IMG/VR virus record: IMGVR_UViG_3300036770_003400
Origin: a virus
Strand: one strand, 5' to 3'
DNA length: 64,000 nt
Every line of letters begins with the position of its first letter. The stretch's first letter is position 1. Under the pieces are notes generated by a model. That model was not told the origin of the DNA and did no database searches. It was given only the letters and a program-made list of their open reading frames with translations. Shown piece after piece: positions 37,001 through 46,736 of the stretch. The position numbers and the translations under genes are program-made.

Positions 37001-40000
37001 TCGCTTCGACCGACTGCGGCCAAAGATGCCCGGTGGCAAGGATATCGATCCTGGCGTCTATCAGCACATCATGCATCACTGGTTGTGGGATCGCGCCAAG
37101 GGCATTGAGACCACGCATGCCGGCATGTATGAAGCACTGCGTTTCGCGCAACAAGCACGCGGCGGCTTCGACCCATCTCGCCTGACGACTATCCTCAATG
37201 AGCAGGCAGACGTCTCGACCTTTTTACATGAGACCGCCCACTTCTTCCTGACCGTCTACGCGGATATGGCCACCATGCCGGAGGCCACCGAGCAGATGCG
37301 CCAGGACATGCAGACCATTCTCGACTGGTTCGGCGTCCCGGATCTCGCGACGTTCAATGCCATGTCACTGGATGAGCAGCGGCAGTACCACGAGCAGTTT
37401 GCCTACAACTTCGAGCTGTACATGTTCGAGGGCAAGGCCCCGAACGTGAAGCTGCAAGGCATGTTTGACAGGTTTGCTGCCTTCCTGCGCCGCATCTATC
37501 GTTCGATCCGTGACGATCTGAATGCGCTCTACCGCGAGGAAAACGGGCGGGACCTGCCAATCTTGACCGGCGAGGTGCGCGGTGTAATGGATCGCATGCT
37601 GGCCAGCGAGGACCAGATCAAGCAGGCCGAGGCGGTGCGCAACATGGCGGCGATGTTCCAGACGCAGGAACAGTCAGGCATGGATGACGCCGCCTGGACC
37701 GCCTATCAGCAGATGATGCAGGAAGCGCGTGATGCCTCTGTCACCGACCTGACCAAGGCCAGTCTGCGGCAGATGAAATGGCTGCAGAACGCGCGCGGCC
37801 GGGTGCTGAAGGAACTGCAGGCGCAGGCGAAGACCGAGCGCGACCGTATCCGCGCTGAAGTCGAGAAGGAGGTCGCTGACGAACCCGTGTATCGGGCGAT
37901 GCGGTGGCTGCAAAAGGGGGAGGTGACCGACCCTCAGACCGGCGACGAGATCAAGGCCACGGCCGGCTTCCGGCTGAACAAAGCCGCCATCGCCGAGATG
38001 TACCCGGAGACCGCGCTATCCAGGCCGGATCTCACGAAGTTGCGTGGCATGACTGCGGCTGATGGCCTGCATCCCGATGTCGTCGCGGAGATGTTCGGCT
38101 TCCAGAGCGGCGATCAACTGGTGCGATCGCTGATCGATGCCGGCCCGATGAAAGCTGCCGTCGATGCGCGCACCGATCAGCGCATGCTGGCCGAGAACTC
38201 TGAACTGGTGGACCCGGCTGCGATTGAACTTGCCGTCGAGCAGGCACTGCACAACGAGGCCAGGGCGCGATTCGTGGCGGTCGAACTCCGGCACCTCGCC
38301 AAAGCGACCGAGCCGGTGCGCGTCATGATTGCCGCCGCCAAGCTGGCAGCGCAGTCGATGCTGGCCGGCAAGAAGGTCGGCGAGATTCGTCCGCGAGATC
38401 ACAGCATCGCCGAGGGCCGTGCTGCCAAGCGCTCTGTCGATGCCATGAAGGCGGGTCGGTCTGCAGAGGCGCAGGAAGCCAAGCAGGCGCAACTGATCCA
38501 GAACCAGTTAGCAGCGGAAGCCACGCGCATCCGGCAGGAGATTGCCAAGCAACTCGACTACATGCGCCGGGTGACGCGGGACTCCAACCGCAAGCGCATG
38601 GGCGCCGATGCTGCCGACCAGATCGATGCATTGCTGGCCCGCTTTGAACTGCGCCCCGTGACCCTGCGAGAGGCCGCACAGCGCGCTGATTTAGCGCAGT
38701 GGATAGAGTCACAGCGGGAAGCTGGCTACGAGCCTGACATCGCGCCAGAACTGGTCTCGCAGGCCATGCGCGTGGACTACCGGCAACTGACCGTCCAGCA
38801 GTTCGGCGACTTAGTCTCGGCCGTCGAGCAAATCGAAGCGCTGGGTCGCAACGAACAGCGCATGATCACGCAGGCCAAGGAGATCGCCTACACGCAGGCG
38901 CGTGATGAGATCGTGCTGTCGATAAACGAGAATGCGCGCGGCCGCACCGTGCAGGCGCGTACTGCCAGGACGAACGCAGGGCGGGCGGCGCAAAAGATCA
39001 AGGGGTTCTTCTCCGAGCACCTGAAGGCCGCTGCCATTGCTCGCATCCTGGATGGCGGCAAGGACGGCGGGCCGATGTGGACGTACCTCATCTCGACCGC
39101 GAACGAGCGCGGCAACAATGAGGTAAAGATGCGGGCGCAGGCTACGCAGGATCTCACGCGCATCATGGCGCCGCTGCTCAAGAACCCTGGCATGTCTGGC
39201 AACGGCATGGTCTATCCCAGTGTCGGACGCAACCTCAACGGCGAGAACCGTCTGGTGATCGCGCTGAACTGGGGCAACGAGAGCAACAGGCAGCGCCTGA
39301 TGGGCGGGGAGGGATGGACTGCGGATCAGATCACGCCAATCCTGCAGACAATGACAGCCGAGGAGCTGCGCGCTGTCCAGGCTATCTGGGATTACTTTGA
39401 GACCTATCGCCCGCTTATTGCTGCCAAGGAACGCAGGGTCTACGGCAAAGAACCGCGTTGGATCGATCCGGCACCGTTCGCCATCATGTCTGCTGATGGC
39501 CAGACCGTCGAGATGCGTGGTGGCTACTACCCGGTGAAGTACGACCCGATGGCATCCGAGCGCGCCGAGGCGTTCGCGGAAGCCGAGGAAGCGCAGCGCA
39601 TGTTGCGCGGTGCGTACACCACTGCAACGACCCGGCGGTCGTTTACCAAGGCCCGTGTCGAGGAGGTCGTCGGCAGGCCCCTGCTGTACACGCTCGACGG
39701 CCTGTACAACGGTCTGAACGATGTCATCCACGATCTCAACTGGCATGAATGGCTGATCGACGCCAACAAGCTGCTGCGCTCCGCGTCGATTGATGCGGCG
39801 ATCCGCGAACAGTACGGGCCGGAGTTCAAGCGGCAACTGAAGATGTGGGTCGAGGATGTTGCCGTCGGGGAGCGAGGTGCGAATGGTGCCGGCGAGATGG
39901 CACTCGGATGGCTGCGGCAATCTGTCTCTGCCGCCGGCCTGGGCTTCAACGTCATGTCCGCGCTGCAGCAGATCACCGGCTTTTCCAGCAGCATCGTGCG

Positions 40001-40943
40001 CATTGGATATGCAGCAGTCGGGCGCGGCATCCTGAAGACCATCGGCTCACCGGCCGCTACCTTCAAGATGGTGAACGAGAAGAGCAGCTTCATGCAGGAG
40101 CGCAGCCGCACTCAGTTCCGAGAACTGAACGAACTGCGCAACGTCATCCGTGGGCAGAGCAGGGCGGCGCGCATGGTGCAGCTCGGTGCCTACGTCATGA
40201 TGATGCGCATGCAGCGCATGGTCGATGTGCCGACCTGGGTTGGCGCGTATGAGCAGGCGGTCGCGAACGGTGCCGCCGATGTCCTGGCGGACGGAACCAT
40301 CGACGACAGCAAGGCCGTCGCCCTGGCGGATCAGACGGTCATCGACTCGCAGGGCAGCGGCATGGTCAAGGATCTGTCGAAGATCGAGCGCGGCGGGCAG
40401 GCGATGAAGCTGTTCACCGTGTTCTACAGCTACATGAACACACAGTTCAACCTGCTGGTCACCTCGACCATGACGGCTCGCTCACGGGGCCGGCTGGCAT
40501 CGGACTACCTCATGCTGCTGGTTGCGCCCGTCGTTCTGTCCCTGGCGATCAAGGACGCGGCGGTGCCGAGTGGTGACGACGAGGACGATCTCGAGAAACT
40601 GGCTCGCACCCTGGCGGCAGAGGAACTGTCCTACATGATGGGCATGATGGTTGTCCTGCGGGAGTTCGCCTTCGCCGGCAAGGTTCTGACCGGTGCGGAA
40701 GGCGGCGGCCGTGGCTACTCCGGTCCGGCAGGGCTACGCGCCATCTCGGACATCGGCACCCTGGCGACCCAGGCCTCGCAGGGCGAGTTCGACACGGCGT
40801 TCCGCAAGGCGGCGATCAACGTGCTCGGGGACTTTACCGGCCTGCCGTCAGCGCAGATCAACCGCACCATCAACGGCATTGATGCCCTCATCGAGGGCGA
40901 GACGCAGAACCCTGCTGCCGTCGTCCTGGGATACCAGCCGTGA
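34023..40943 (+). CDS. large polyvalent ejection protein with HhH-GPD-like and HExxH metallopeptidase domains
   Basis: 2306 aa; GIGRGK...PTID motif 36792-36860; FLHETAH near 37227; LPD-type C-terminus (inferred). Confidence 0.8.
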   Translation: MMENNPYTKMIEQDVSGRLPNPYVDIIRRDMEAEDERLMTSLMAASKSDPNKAGEAQRLARELDLPPDLAERNLDEVRAIVRQRAIERQNMMTLSPVLRAQMTDPNFAKIAQDQIDNLSLTEKVFKGLREIPKDAETGWASGRLQSELGLLGERAMRGVATPDEMKRIGAIQSRLRELRGTGGFTEASTKILGQMSYTLPDAVLYGQSMALGAGATALIAGQLGPQVATPEEIFTVPGAMITGFGAGMGARFAEQSARIEAGLQYTEMINEGIDPQVAKYVSSGVGLVNGTLEVIGAGAIAAPFKRLLSKRVTQEVAAAMTKPTVAMAVKEFGKSYATAIGVEVGTEILQEIAGIAGDEIGRAYSKPELESKLTTEEGRAEIAQRIVSVMEEVTKGMAVLALPGAGLNFRSDYRRAQDAKKQTQFFVELTKAANESEVRKRNPDAYQAFIAQQADGTGAENIYIDARQFNQTLRQAGVTDEQLAQVLPDVAPTLAQAVQSGDDIVIPTADYAARIAGTDLGNALMQHARIDPDAMSAAEAVQFQVNKDRILADAERVLQEKMTTDEAFVQSAKTVETRFLEQLKVTGRYTDKVNRDNAAFVRDFVVTQAAQLNMMPEAFYDRYMYRVQASDQPRTAQMFGQEVAREVDRDGMPIATMAEVEAVADIPTVEKVQEAINTVGEEEFSRRVQTKMRSLGVEMTPEREAMATEAVAINIVALNRAAAAPEAGILRQGAPTRPPSEVLADLEAAKFVPDKVALAMLGDFPEYLRGVVEFMVEQRQKLVTGTLTVRDLAKAYYITIASMGADAINVDTVERKTGMKIDPMFINEGKVRPEEAAAAWLLTPEGKQALDELEAGTFNEALWDKGANVRRAFGDDRFATFRAFDENVKGINFRSLDTLLTQINEAGKAQDFAQLEKLVVLLQGIGRGKIGFIKHMLGMGDSPTIDAVEINFWITGQGDIGNLKTKQAKLAREVKAASSDRRVSAELFNRIVDRFDRLRPKMPGGKDIDPGVYQHIMHHWLWDRAKGIETTHAGMYEALRFAQQARGGFDPSRLTTILNEQADVSTFLHETAHFFLTVYADMATMPEATEQMRQDMQTILDWFGVPDLATFNAMSLDEQRQYHEQFAYNFELYMFEGKAPNVKLQGMFDRFAAFLRRIYRSIRDDLNALYREENGRDLPILTGEVRGVMDRMLASEDQIKQAEAVRNMAAMFQTQEQSGMDDAAWTAYQQMMQEARDASVTDLTKASLRQMKWLQNARGRVLKELQAQAKTERDRIRAEVEKEVADEPVYRAMRWLQKGEVTDPQTGDEIKATAGFRLNKAAIAEMYPETALSRPDLTKLRGMTAADGLHPDVVAEMFGFQSGDQLVRSLIDAGPMKAAVDARTDQRMLAENSELVDPAAIELAVEQALHNEARARFVAVELRHLAKATEPVRVMIAAAKLAAQSMLAGKKVGEIRPRDHSIAEGRAAKRSVDAMKAGRSAEAQEAKQAQLIQNQLAAEATRIRQEIAKQLDYMRRVTRDSNRKRMGADAADQIDALLARFELRPVTLREAAQRADLAQWIESQREAGYEPDIAPELVSQAMRVDYRQLTVQQFGDLVSAVEQIEALGRNEQRMITQAKEIAYTQARDEIVLSINENARGRTVQARTARTNAGRAAQKIKGFFSEHLKAAAIARILDGGKDGGPMWTYLISTANERGNNEVKMRAQATQDLTRIMAPLLKNPGMSGNGMVYPSVGRNLNGENRLVIALNWGNESNRQRLMGGEGWTADQITPILQTMTAEELRAVQAIWDYFETYRPLIAAKERRVYGKEPRWIDPAPFAIMSADGQTVEMRGGYYPVKYDPMASERAEAFAEAEEAQRMLRGAYTTATTRRSFTKARVEEVVGRPLLYTLDGLYNGLNDVIHDLNWHEWLIDANKLLRSASIDAAIREQYGPEFKRQLKMWVEDVAVGERGANGAGEMALGWLRQSVSAAGLGFNVMSALQQITGFSSSIVRIGYAAVGRGILKTIGSPAATFKMVNEKSSFMQERSRTQFRELNELRNVIRGQSRAARMVQLGAYVMMMRMQRMVDVPTWVGAYEQAVANGAADVLADGTIDDSKAVALADQTVIDSQGSGMVKDLSKIERGGQAMKLFTVFYSYMNTQFNLLVTSTMTARSRGRLASDYLMLLVAPVVLSLAIKDAAVPSGDDEDDLEKLARTLAAEELSYMMGMMVVLREFAFAGKVLTGAEGGGRGYSGPAGLRAISDIGTLATQASQGEFDTAFRKAAINVLGDFTGLPSAQINRTINGIDALIEGETQNPAAVVLGYQP

Positions 40944-40948
40944 TGGCT

Positions 40949-40981
40949 GGTGCCCGTAACTATTGCGAGATCATCTAGGAT
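40949..40981 (+). promoter_or_regulatory. phage B late promoter motif, copy 2
   Basis: GGTGCCCGTAA-N16-TAGGAT before tail fibre gene. Confidence 0.65.
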
Positions 40982-41005
40982 GCAGCAACCTCTGGAGTCG
41001 CGTCG

Positions 41006-43414
41006 ATGACGATATCCTCTGCCAATCGAAAGGCTGGCCCGTATGTCGGCAACGGCACCGCCGCGACATTCCCATTCTCGTTCAAGGTCTTTTCGGGCGC
41101 CGATCTTGAGGTCGTCCAACTCAATGAGAGCCTGGGCGCCGAGACCATCCTGACCATCACGACCAACTACACGGTCGCGCTCAACCCCGACCAGGACAGC
41201 AATCCTGGTGGCTCTGTCACGTTGCTGTCTGGCCCTCTGCCGACCGGGTTCTCGCTGACGCTGACATCCAACCTGGATCTCGTTCAGCCGACCGACATCA
41301 CTAACCAGGGCGGATTCTTCCCCGAGGTTATCGAGGACTCGCTCGACCGCTCGACCATCCAGGTGCAGCAGCTCGCCGAAGAGCTCGGCCGTACGGTGCG
41401 GATCCCGATCAGCTCCACCGCTTCGACCGCGCTGCCGTTCCCGAAGCCGAATGCCGTGCTCGGCTGGAACGTGGCCGGCACTGCGCTGCAGAACGTGGAC
41501 ATGTCCGACATCGGGACGCAGCTCACCTATGGTGACTGGGTCTATCAGACCTGGACGGGCAATGGGACGCAGGCGCAATTCGCCTTGACCGGCAACCCCG
41601 GTTCCCTAGCCAACACGGATGTATCGATCAACGGCGTCACGATGATGCCTGCGACTGACTACAGCGTGGCGAGCAGCCTGCTGACGTTCGCTGTGCCGCC
41701 GGCCAATGGCGACCAGATCCTGATTCGCTACGGTCGCTCTGCTCTCCAGCAGATGACGACGTATGTCGAGGAGACAGTTACGGCGACTGCTGGCCAGACC
41801 GTCTTCACGCTCACCAACACCTATGTCCCCGGCACCAACAGCATCCAGGTGTATGCCAATGGCCTGCGGCTGGTGGCCGGCGTCGATTTCATCGAGAACA
41901 GCCCGACGCAAGTCACGCTGACCAGCGGCGCCACACTGGGCGACGAACTGGTGTTCACCATTGGTGCTGCACTCAACCAGGGCACGAGCGGGACACTGGT
42001 CTCGTTCACGCCGATTGGCAGCGGCGCAGTCTCGCGCAACGTGCAAGACAAGCTGCGCGAGGTGGTGTCGGTCACCGACTTCGGCGCGGACCCGACCGGG
42101 GCCAATGACTCGACCGCTGCCTTTCAGGCTGCAATTGCCGTTAACCCCGTCAAGGTCATCGAGATCCCGCCGGGCACGTACAAGATCGGCTCGCCGATCA
42201 TCCTGCGCGACGGGCTGACCCTGCGCGGATCTGGCCGCACCTCGACCGTCCTGCAGAAGGGAAACTTTAACGACGCCTGTCTCAAGGGCATCGATGTCGA
42301 TCAGGTTACGCTTGAGGACTTCGCCATTGTCGGCCCAGGGCAATGGGTCGGCACTGGCAACAAAGGCATCCTGATCGCGGTGTCGGTGCAGGACATCTGC
42401 ACATCCATCTCGATGTCGCGCATCGACCTGTCCCTGCTGAACGACATCTGCGTTTACGTCGGCTCCGGCGCGTTCTGTACCTACGACAACATCCGCTGCC
42501 GCACCTACGGCTACGCCGGCATCTTCATCGACGGCGGTGATGGACACGCGCTGTATGCCTGCACCACGCGAGGCGGCGGCGCTGGTGGTCATGTTGGCTA
42601 CCTGATCAACAAGAGCAGCGGTGCCTTTGGCCCGACCACCGTCACCATGCTTGGCTGCTACGCCGAGCAGGCGGGCCGTGGTATCTGGTTCAAAGGCGCC
42701 ATCTCCTGCATCGCTATTGGCTGCGGCGTCGAAGCGGCGATCAACTTCGGCGCGATCCCGAACGGAACGAACTGGACCATCGATGGCGACAGCACCGGCA
42801 GCAATGTGACCCTGCTCAACTGCCTGTCACGCAATGACACCATCGGCACGGCAGTCGCGGCCCCGCACGTAGTCGTCAGCGGCAATGCCACGCAGACGCT
42901 GATCGATGGCTTCACCGTTCGCAATCATCCGACATTCGCCCCCCCGACCTGGGAACTGGATGTCACTGCCGGCGTCAACGTCGCCCTCGGCCGCAACGAT
43001 TTCAATCCGGCCAGGATCAACATCGGTGCCAGCCCAATCAGGTACACGCGCGGCACGATTCGGTATGAGTCGGCCGTGCAAGCGGTGCCAGCCGGGTATG
43101 GTGGCGTCTCGGTCAATCACGGTGGCCCGAGCAAACCTGACATGATGCGCGTCGTTCTGCGTCGCAATGCGGTCGCTGGTGGCGCTGGCAGTGTCGATGC
43201 AAGCTATGCAACCGGCGACGAGGTCGAACTCGCGGATTCTATTCTTGGCAGCAATCACGTTACGACGACGTGGTCGAATGCAACCGCGCTCGGATATGGG
43301 CAGGTGATCGCGCCGCCTAACATCGCATTTAAAACGCCAGCCGGCGTCAGCACTGCAAACTCCAACATCAGCACAACGTGCTGGGGTCTAGTCTTTTACG
43401 CTTACTGGTTCTGA
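41006..43414 (+). CDS. tail fibre/tailspike with pectate-lyase-like beta-helix
   Basis: Podophage anchor N-terminus (GNG...FPFSF); VSVTDFGADPTG.NDSTAAFQAAI motif. Confidence 0.85.
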   Translation: MTISSANRKAGPYVGNGTAATFPFSFKVFSGADLEVVQLNESLGAETILTITTNYTVALNPDQDSNPGGSVTLLSGPLPTGFSLTLTSNLDLVQPTDITNQGGFFPEVIEDSLDRSTIQVQQLAEELGRTVRIPISSTASTALPFPKPNAVLGWNVAGTALQNVDMSDIGTQLTYGDWVYQTWTGNGTQAQFALTGNPGSLANTDVSINGVTMMPATDYSVASSLLTFAVPPANGDQILIRYGRSALQQMTTYVEETVTATAGQTVFTLTNTYVPGTNSIQVYANGLRLVAGVDFIENSPTQVTLTSGATLGDELVFTIGAALNQGTSGTLVSFTPIGSGAVSRNVQDKLREVVSVTDFGADPTGANDSTAAFQAAIAVNPVKVIEIPPGTYKIGSPIILRDGLTLRGSGRTSTVLQKGNFNDACLKGIDVDQVTLEDFAIVGPGQWVGTGNKGILIAVSVQDICTSISMSRIDLSLLNDICVYVGSGAFCTYDNIRCRTYGYAGIFIDGGDGHALYACTTRGGGAGGHVGYLINKSSGAFGPTTVTMLGCYAEQAGRGIWFKGAISCIAIGCGVEAAINFGAIPNGTNWTIDGDSTGSNVTLLNCLSRNDTIGTAVAAPHVVVSGNATQTLIDGFTVRNHPTFAPPTWELDVTAGVNVALGRNDFNPARINIGASPIRYTRGTIRYESAVQAVPAGYGGVSVNHGGPSKPDMMRVVLRRNAVAGGAGSVDASYATGDEVELADSILGSNHVTTTWSNATALGYGQVIAPPNIAFKTPAGVSTANSNISTTCWGLVFYAYWF

Positions 43415-43423
43415 GGACCGACA

Positions 43424-43711
43424 ATGAGCAAGGCACGGGTAAACAAGGACAAGCTGAACGAGCTTGTCGCGCTCGACAACATCGCCTCCGGTGTCTGGGT
43501 TGAGGCGCCAAGTATCTTCCGCCTGCGTCTTGTCGGCACCGGGACGATCACCATCGACAGCCGTGACCGGCTCAACGTGGTGACGACCGCCGTCGAAACC
43601 TACGTCATCAGCGGCGCGACCAATCAAATCGAATACCCGTACCTGGGAGACGCAGCCGTAGACATGCGCGCCACGTTCCCCTCGACGGTCACTGTGGAGG
43701 TTCTGGCATGA
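43424..43711 (+). CDS. small tail-associated protein
   Basis: Position between tailspikes; beta-rich. Confidence 0.5.
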   Translation: MSKARVNKDKLNELVALDNIASGVWVEAPSIFRLRLVGTGTITIDSRDRLNVVTTAVETYVISGATNQIEYPYLGDAAVDMRATFPSTVTVEVLA

Positions 43712-44115
43712 GCACCGGCTATCCCGTAAACCTGACGACCCTGATCAGCGGGGAAAACCAGTCGCTCGGCGTACTGGAGACTTCGTCGCCCGGTACCTAT
43801 GTCACCGCAGTCGGAGCAACAAGCGCAGCCGATATCGCTATCGGTAGCCCTGGCGCGGCGGGAGATAAACTGTTTGCTGTAGCTGTTTTCAACGGCAGTG
43901 CTCAACCGTTTACGGCGTTCTCAATCAAGGACGGATCAACAACCTTGACGGGGCTTACGAATTCAACGTTGACGACGTTGGCGGCTGGAGCAAACGCTAT
44001 CTATACCATGCCCGGCGGGTGCCTTGAGTCCAAAAACGGCGGGTGGAAAATCAACATCACTTGCACTGGAACGATGGCAAACATTGCCATCGTCGCGGTG
44101 GGGGCGTTTACCTGA
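43708..44115 (+). CDS. small tail-associated protein
   Basis: ATGA coupling; Thr/Gly-rich. Confidence 0.5.
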   Translation: MSTGYPVNLTTLISGENQSLGVLETSSPGTYVTAVGATSAADIAIGSPGAAGDKLFAVAVFNGSAQPFTAFSIKDGSTTLTGLTNSTLTTLAAGANAIYTMPGGCLESKNGGWKINITCTGTMANIAIVAVGAFT

Positions 44116-45914
44116 TGGCGACTTTTTATATTGACCCCACTTATCCGGTGAACGGAACGGGCACTTCGTCTGATCCGTTCAATGTCTGGCCTTCGATTGC
44201 CAGTTCAAACGTCTACCTTCAAAAGCGTGGCACCACGGCCAACACGCAAAGCGCTGCCGTAACTGCGTTTGGCCGATCAAACGTGACGATTGGCGCATAC
44301 GGCACCGGGCCGAATCCGGTCATCAACGCGGGCACTGCCATTGGGCTTCAGTGCTCTAACTCAAGCAATTTGACGATTGAGGGCGTGGATTTCGTTTCGA
44401 CGGGCAGTTACGGCGTCATCTGGGTCGGCGGCAACGGAATTTCGATCACCGATTCGACAATCGTCGGTGCGCGTTGCGGTCTCAGTATTACCAGCAGCAG
44501 CACTAGCGGTGTTGCTGGCGTCACGCTGACTCGGGTAACTGCGCGGCACACCGTTGTTGCCAACGAGCAAAGCGGGCTGTTTATGGCCGCTGCGCACGCT
44601 ACTTACAACCTTACCAACATCAAAATTATCGACTGCACGTTTTCCAACAATGCGCGGCTTGGCGCGCAAATCAAGTCCGGTGATGGCAATGTGTCAGCGC
44701 AAGTCAACGGTTTGCTGATTAAAGGTTGCGACATCAGCAACAACGCTGCTGGCGGCATTCTCATCAATACGGGCGGCACGACGTTTGCAGAAGACAAGTT
44801 TGCGACCAATGTGGTGTTTGAAGGCAACACGATAGCGAACAACCGGTTCGAGGGCGCGGCGCTGTCCATGCGCGGTGGTCGCAACCGTGTCTGTTACAAC
44901 ACCATCGAAGGGAATCAGAAATTCAGCGACACGAATCTGTCCGCCAGCGGCGGCATGTCGATTTCTGGATCAACCAACGTTGACGTATACGGCAATGTGT
45001 CGAAGAACAACGGTTCCGGCGGTCGTAATTACGACGGCGTCGGCATTTATCTGGATGTTGTGGCGTTCTTGCCTGATCTTGGAACCAATAACTCAAGAAT
45101 CTTCAACAACGTCAGCATCGGCAACAACGAATACTCGCCGGATGCCGCCGATCTCGCATCATCAATGCTGAGCGCCGGCATCGGCGTCTACAAGTCGTAC
45201 AACAATCTGATCGCCGGGAACGTGTGCATCGGCAATGGCGCTGGCGTGTGCGTCGGAGCGTGGACGAACAACAACCGTATCTACAACAACGCGCTGGTCG
45301 GCAACAAGTACGGCATCGTGCAACTGTGGAACGCCACGTCGCCGGGCAACACCATCCGCAACAACATCATTAAGGACAGCACGTCGCATGCTTTTGCTGC
45401 CCCGCCGCTTTTCACTTTCACAACGACGGGTGACATTACGCTTAGTGGTACGACCGGCACCGTAACTTGCACCAGTACCGCTGCCGATTTTCCCAACGCT
45501 TCATATTTCAATTACGCCATTATTGCGGGCAGCGGCGTTGGCTGGGTCGTGAGCAAACAGTCAAACACGCAGATCACGATAGTAATCATTAGCGCGTTTT
45601 CAGGTACCACATTCAGCAATGGCAACTGGTCGTTGTCGGCGGGTCAGGATCAAGGCGTGTGGCCGGGCTATAGCGCCCTGTTCAACAATGCCGCAGGCGC
45701 CTACGCAGGTACCGGGCAATCGTTGACGGAAGGCAGCAACAACGTTACGGCAGACCCCCGGCTATATTCCGACGGCAGTATTGCCAGCAATTCGCCGTGC
45801 GCGACGACCGGGCTTTATGCGAGCGGCATTCCGCTCGCCAACGGGCGGCTGCGTCCTGGCTTCGTGCCCATCGGCGCTTACATGGCCGTGCAACCGAGAA
45901 CCCCACGCACTTGA
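44115..45914 (+). CDS. second right-handed beta-helix tailspike/depolymerase-like protein
   Basis: TFYIDP...NGTGT..DPFN start; recurrent Asn-ladder repeats (ISNN, IANN, IEGN). Confidence 0.75.
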   Translation: MATFYIDPTYPVNGTGTSSDPFNVWPSIASSNVYLQKRGTTANTQSAAVTAFGRSNVTIGAYGTGPNPVINAGTAIGLQCSNSSNLTIEGVDFVSTGSYGVIWVGGNGISITDSTIVGARCGLSITSSSTSGVAGVTLTRVTARHTVVANEQSGLFMAAAHATYNLTNIKIIDCTFSNNARLGAQIKSGDGNVSAQVNGLLIKGCDISNNAAGGILINTGGTTFAEDKFATNVVFEGNTIANNRFEGAALSMRGGRNRVCYNTIEGNQKFSDTNLSASGGMSISGSTNVDVYGNVSKNNGSGGRNYDGVGIYLDVVAFLPDLGTNNSRIFNNVSIGNNEYSPDAADLASSMLSAGIGVYKSYNNLIAGNVCIGNGAGVCVGAWTNNNRIYNNALVGNKYGIVQLWNATSPGNTIRNNIIKDSTSHAFAAPPLFTFTTTGDITLSGTTGTVTCTSTAADFPNASYFNYAIIAGSGVGWVVSKQSNTQITIVIISAFSGTTFSNGNWSLSAGQDQGVWPGYSALFNNAAGAYAGTGQSLTEGSNNVTADPRLYSDGSIASNSPCATTGLYASGIPLANGRLRPGFVPIGAYMAVQPRTPRT

Positions 45915-45920
45915 TTCCGC

Positions 45921-46163
45921 ATGGACCACAGCACCCAGATCATCTTCGATATCGTCATCGCAATAGCGGGGTTCTTCGGCGTGTTCGTGCTCAATCAAGT
46001 CATGCAAAAATTGTCGAAACACGAAGAGCGGCTGAGCGACTTGCCCAACACGTTCGTCCGGCGCGATGACTACCGTCAGGACATGACGGAGGTCAAGAGC
46101 ATGCTGCACCAGATCTACGACAAGCTCGATGGAAAAGCCGACAAGCCTGATCACGCTCGATGA
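45921..46163 (+). CDS. small membrane protein of lysis cluster
   Basis: N-terminal TM helix plus coil. Confidence 0.55.
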   Translation: MDHSTQIIFDIVIAIAGFFGVFVLNQVMQKLSKHEERLSDLPNTFVRRDDYRQDMTEVKSMLHQIYDKLDGKADKPDHAR

Positions 46164-46542
46164 TTACTGGATGGGGCGCGACACGATCGCCCCGCCGACG
46201 GATCAACTTCGGGCCAATGCTGCCGACCTCGTAGAGCGCGTCAACCATCTGCTGTCGATGTACTACGCCGAGGTGCCGGCCGCACCGGCAACCAGGGTCA
46301 CCAGTGGATACAGGCCACCGGCAATCAATGCCAGGGTCGGTGGAGCGCTCAGATCAAACCATCGGATCTGCAAAGCAATCGATCTTGCCGACCCGGACGG
46401 TGGCCTGGATGAGTGGTGCGAGGAGTCTGTCCACTATCTGGTCAGCTACGGTCTCTGGCTCGAGCACCCTGATTACACTCCTGGCTGGTGCCACCTTCAA
46501 TCAATCGGCCCGAGGTCAGGGCGGAGGATCTTTTACCCATGA
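46129..46542 (+). CDS. endolysin, peptidase M15 family
   Basis: TSGYRP..IN..VGGA.RSNH....AIDL; WCHLQ. Confidence 0.8.
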   Translation: MEKPTSLITLDDYWMGRDTIAPPTDQLRANAADLVERVNHLLSMYYAEVPAAPATRVTSGYRPPAINARVGGALRSNHRICKAIDLADPDGGLDEWCEESVHYLVSYGLWLEHPDYTPGWCHLQSIGPRSGRRIFYP

Positions 46543-46736
46543 ATATCGACACGTGGTTGCGCAGCAAGACTATGTGGTTCGCCTTGGTGCTGGAGACGGT
46601 CGGCGCCATCCAGCTCGGGCTGCCGGAACTGATCGGGCAGATCCCGGCGCATGTCTACCCCTGGCTGCTGATCGGGACCGGCGTGGCCGTGCGTGTACTG
46701 CGCCTGCTGACGACGCAGCCACTCGCTGACAAGTGA
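46539..46736 (+). CDS. holin
   Basis: RSKTMWF; two TM helices; RLLTTQPL.DK tail. Confidence 0.7.
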   Translation: MNIDTWLRSKTMWFALVLETVGAIQLGLPELIGQIPAHVYPWLLIGTGVAVRVLRLLTTQPLADK

